Origin: Pelagomonas calceolata
Lineage: Eukaryota
Reading direction: 5' to 3'
Assembly (NCBI GenBank): GCA_918797485.1
Contig: CAKKNE010000001.1
Location: forward strand, 1,736,001 to 1,800,000
DNA length: 64,000 nucleotides
Part shown: piece after piece, positions 61,966-64,000 of the stretch
Layout of the letters: every line of letters begins with the position of its first letter
How positions within the stretch are numbered: position 1 is the stretch's first letter
Notes under the pieces: model-generated
Seen by the model: only the letters and a program-made list of their open reading frames with translations
Told to the model about the DNA's origin: nothing
Database searches by the model: none
Program-made: the position numbers and the translations under genes

Positions 61966-63276
61966 ATGCCTCGCGACGCCGACGAAGCTGGCCGGCCGCC
62001 CCGCCCGGAATCGAAAACCGAGGAAACGCCGCGCGGCGCCGCATCATTAGCGGAACTCCTGACGAGCGACAAGCTCAAGCGACTAGCGTTGCCGTACCCC
62101 GGCTACCTCGCGGCCTGGCGGCTCGTCAAGGGCCACGGCAAGTGCATCCAGGGCGTCAATGGGAGAAGTACCCATAGGGGTACGTTATGCTATAGCTTCG
62201 ACTTTAAGCTGGCCGTGGGCACGCCCGTGCTAGCTGCCAGAGGAGGTACGATCGCGGCGGTCGTCGACCATTTTAGAGGAGGCGGCGCGAAGGCGCATTT
62301 GGCGCCCAGAGCGAACTTTGTGGCCGTGCGGCATTCAGACGGGAGTTATGCGCGATATTATCACCTCAAGGAGAAGGGATCTTTATATAAAGTCGGCGAA
62401 CGAGTCGGAAGAGGGCAACAAATCGCCTGGAGCGGCAATACCGGTTATACTGGTGGTCCTCATTTACATTTTGATTTAGTTAATTTATTACCGGAGGAGA
62501 CGTCTACGCTGCGCATCGTCTCCCCGAAGCACTGCCGTAAACGGTTGCAGTCCGTCGCGGCGGCCTTTTCTTGTGAACTGCCCTCAACACCATTAAGGTG
62601 TAAAGTGGTTCACGTCCCGAACGACGCCGTTGCGGGCGACGGCCTACGGATAGAAGGTCCTTGGATCGCTTTATCAGACAGAGACCCGGCCTCGACGTTC
62701 TCGGAAAAAATATCATTTTTGGCAGAGCAGGGCGCCTGTGCGGCGATTATTTCCAACAATAGATCCGGTCCCGAGCTCTTCGCGATGGGTGGGTGCGAGA
62801 CCGCGTCACCCGTGCCTGCTTGTCTCATCTCGAAGGAGCACGGCATCATGCTCAAGTCGTATCTGGCCGAAGGTAATAGTGTGATTCTCGAATTTGGAAG
62901 ACATCCGGCAGTGGAAGGCGCGAAGCCGATGGCGACGCAGTTGTCCGATTATCGAGCAACACCGGGCGCGTTCGACACGCCGCTGTCGTGCAAGTACGGG
63001 CCCGATCTGAGGTATGTGACACGAACGCTACCCGTCGAATTCGTCGACAAGTCGGGCGACGGCTTCGTGCCCAAGCAGGCGAAGACGTATCCGAAGCCGG
63101 TGCTCTGCGTGTCTCCTAGTTGTAGCATGAAGCGGCGGGGCCGGCGGCGGCGGCGCGACGGCCCCGTCGAGCCGTCGGAGCGCGGGCGGGACCGTCGCGT
63201 CGCCGTCGAGCGGCTCGACTCGCGGGAGTCGGAGCGGCGGCCCGACCCTTTAGGGCGCGCGCCGTCGCCGCGCTGA
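61966..63276 (+). CDS. M23 family metallopeptidase fused to a PA domain
   Basis: THRG..FDF..GTPVLAARGG..YYHL..SGNTGYTGGPHLHF; FSEK..GACAAIISNN..PACLISKEHG. Confidence 0.8.
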   Translation: MPRDADEAGRPPRPESKTEETPRGAASLAELLTSDKLKRLALPYPGYLAAWRLVKGHGKCIQGVNGRSTHRGTLCYSFDFKLAVGTPVLAARGGTIAAVVDHFRGGGAKAHLAPRANFVAVRHSDGSYARYYHLKEKGSLYKVGERVGRGQQIAWSGNTGYTGGPHLHFDLVNLLPEETSTLRIVSPKHCRKRLQSVAAAFSCELPSTPLRCKVVHVPNDAVAGDGLRIEGPWIALSDRDPASTFSEKISFLAEQGACAAIISNNRSGPELFAMGGCETASPVPACLISKEHGIMLKSYLAEGNSVILEFGRHPAVEGAKPMATQLSDYRATPGAFDTPLSCKYGPDLRYVTRTLPVEFVDKSGDGFVPKQAKTYPKPVLCVSPSCSMKRRGRRRRRDGPVEPSERGRDRRVAVERLDSRESERRPDPLGRAPSPR

Positions 63277-63374
63277 GGCATTTTTCTTATTTCGTAAGTG
63301 TTATAGGGTTACAAGGGATACTACACCGCTACCGGCACACGAGCGGGGTCGGCGGCGAGGGATCGGCCCCGCCG

Positions 63375-64000
63375 CTAGACTTGAAGCGTCTGGATGACGC
63401 GCGCGAGCTTGGAGCGCGTGCCCACCGGGATGCCCATGGCGCGCAGGTCCTCGGCCTCGAGCAGCGCGAGGGTCTCGACGTCGCGGATATCTTCTTGAGC
63501 AAGCACGGGCACGAGGCGCTGGAGGTCGAAGGCGGCCAGGGTGCTTTCGAGCGTCGCGCCGCCGCCCAGCGATGATGAGGGAGCGTAGGACGACGGCGGC
63601 GTGACGACTTGGAGCGACTCCTGTAAGGCAGCGGCGAGCTGCTCGTCCTCGGTCATCGCCGGGCGCGCCGGGGTCGTCTCGCGCAACGAAGCTTGTAAAG
63701 CGGCCGCCAGCTGCGCGTCGTCGTCGTGGGATACGTGGCGAATCTGGCGCGGCGCGCTTCGGCGCGAGGCCTCGAGGACCGCCTGGAGGCTCGCGTCGCT
63801 GTCGCCCGCGTAAGAAGCGTAGTTCTCGCGGCAGGAAGCCGCGATGGCCCGGTTCAGCGCCATCTCTTCGGCGTCAGCCGAGGGAGGCGCGCGGTGCGGA
63901 AGCACGGCGGCGGGCGGCCGCGGCAGGCGCGGCGCGCCCAACAGGCCCGTCGAGATCGAGCCCGTCGGCGCGGCCCGCGCCGGCGGCGCCCGCGCGGGGG
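63375..64000 (-). CDS. 3' part of a UIM-repeat + SAM domain protein (continues beyond the window)
   Basis: DDAQLAAALQASL and EDEQLAAALQESL UIMs; L..EDL..MGIPVG.R.KL SAM motif. Confidence 0.8.
   Translation of the reverse strand, partial: PARAPPARAAPTGSISTGLLGAPRLPRPPAAVLPHRAPPSADAEEMALNRAIAASCRENYASYAGDSDASLQAVLEASRRSAPRQIRHVSHDDDAQLAAALQASLRETTPARPAMTEDEQLAAALQESLQVVTPPSSYAPSSSLGGGATLESTLAAFDLQRLVPVLAQEDIRDVETLALLEAEDLRAMGIPVGTRSKLARVIQTLQV

Overview
GC-rich, very gene-dense eukaryotic nuclear DNA, most likely from a pelagophyte alga (Pelagomonas/Aureococcus-like). This assignment is inferred from plastid-targeted genes with signal peptides, tiny convergent intergenic gaps, and introner-type introns with 8-bp target-site duplications (TSDs). 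About 40 genes or gene fragments are present, including TOP1, SRP72, RanGAP, ispF, tadA, G3P dehydrogenase, UCH, HSF, a ubiquitin fusion, a receptor kinase and a 2216-aa surface protein. I inferred 14 introns plus one intron remnant by hand from reading-frame restoration, and they fall into two classes. Class 1 is a terminal-inverted-repeat (TIR) introner family (CTGTGTGGAAA...TTTCCACACAG) seen as a 211-to-67 bp decay series. Class 2 is the other nine introns: most are short, four have GC donors, and all carry GCGTCC at an almost fixed position (+12..+17 in seven of nine). A 24-bp dyad-ended motif, GCTAGTGYCTT(T)ACANNNCGCTAGC, recurs 11-12 times, only in 5' intergenic regions. There are also several chimeric or broken loci, one of them a foreign gene fragment flanked by 7-bp direct repeats. 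All product calls come from motif recognition by eye; no database searches were run.
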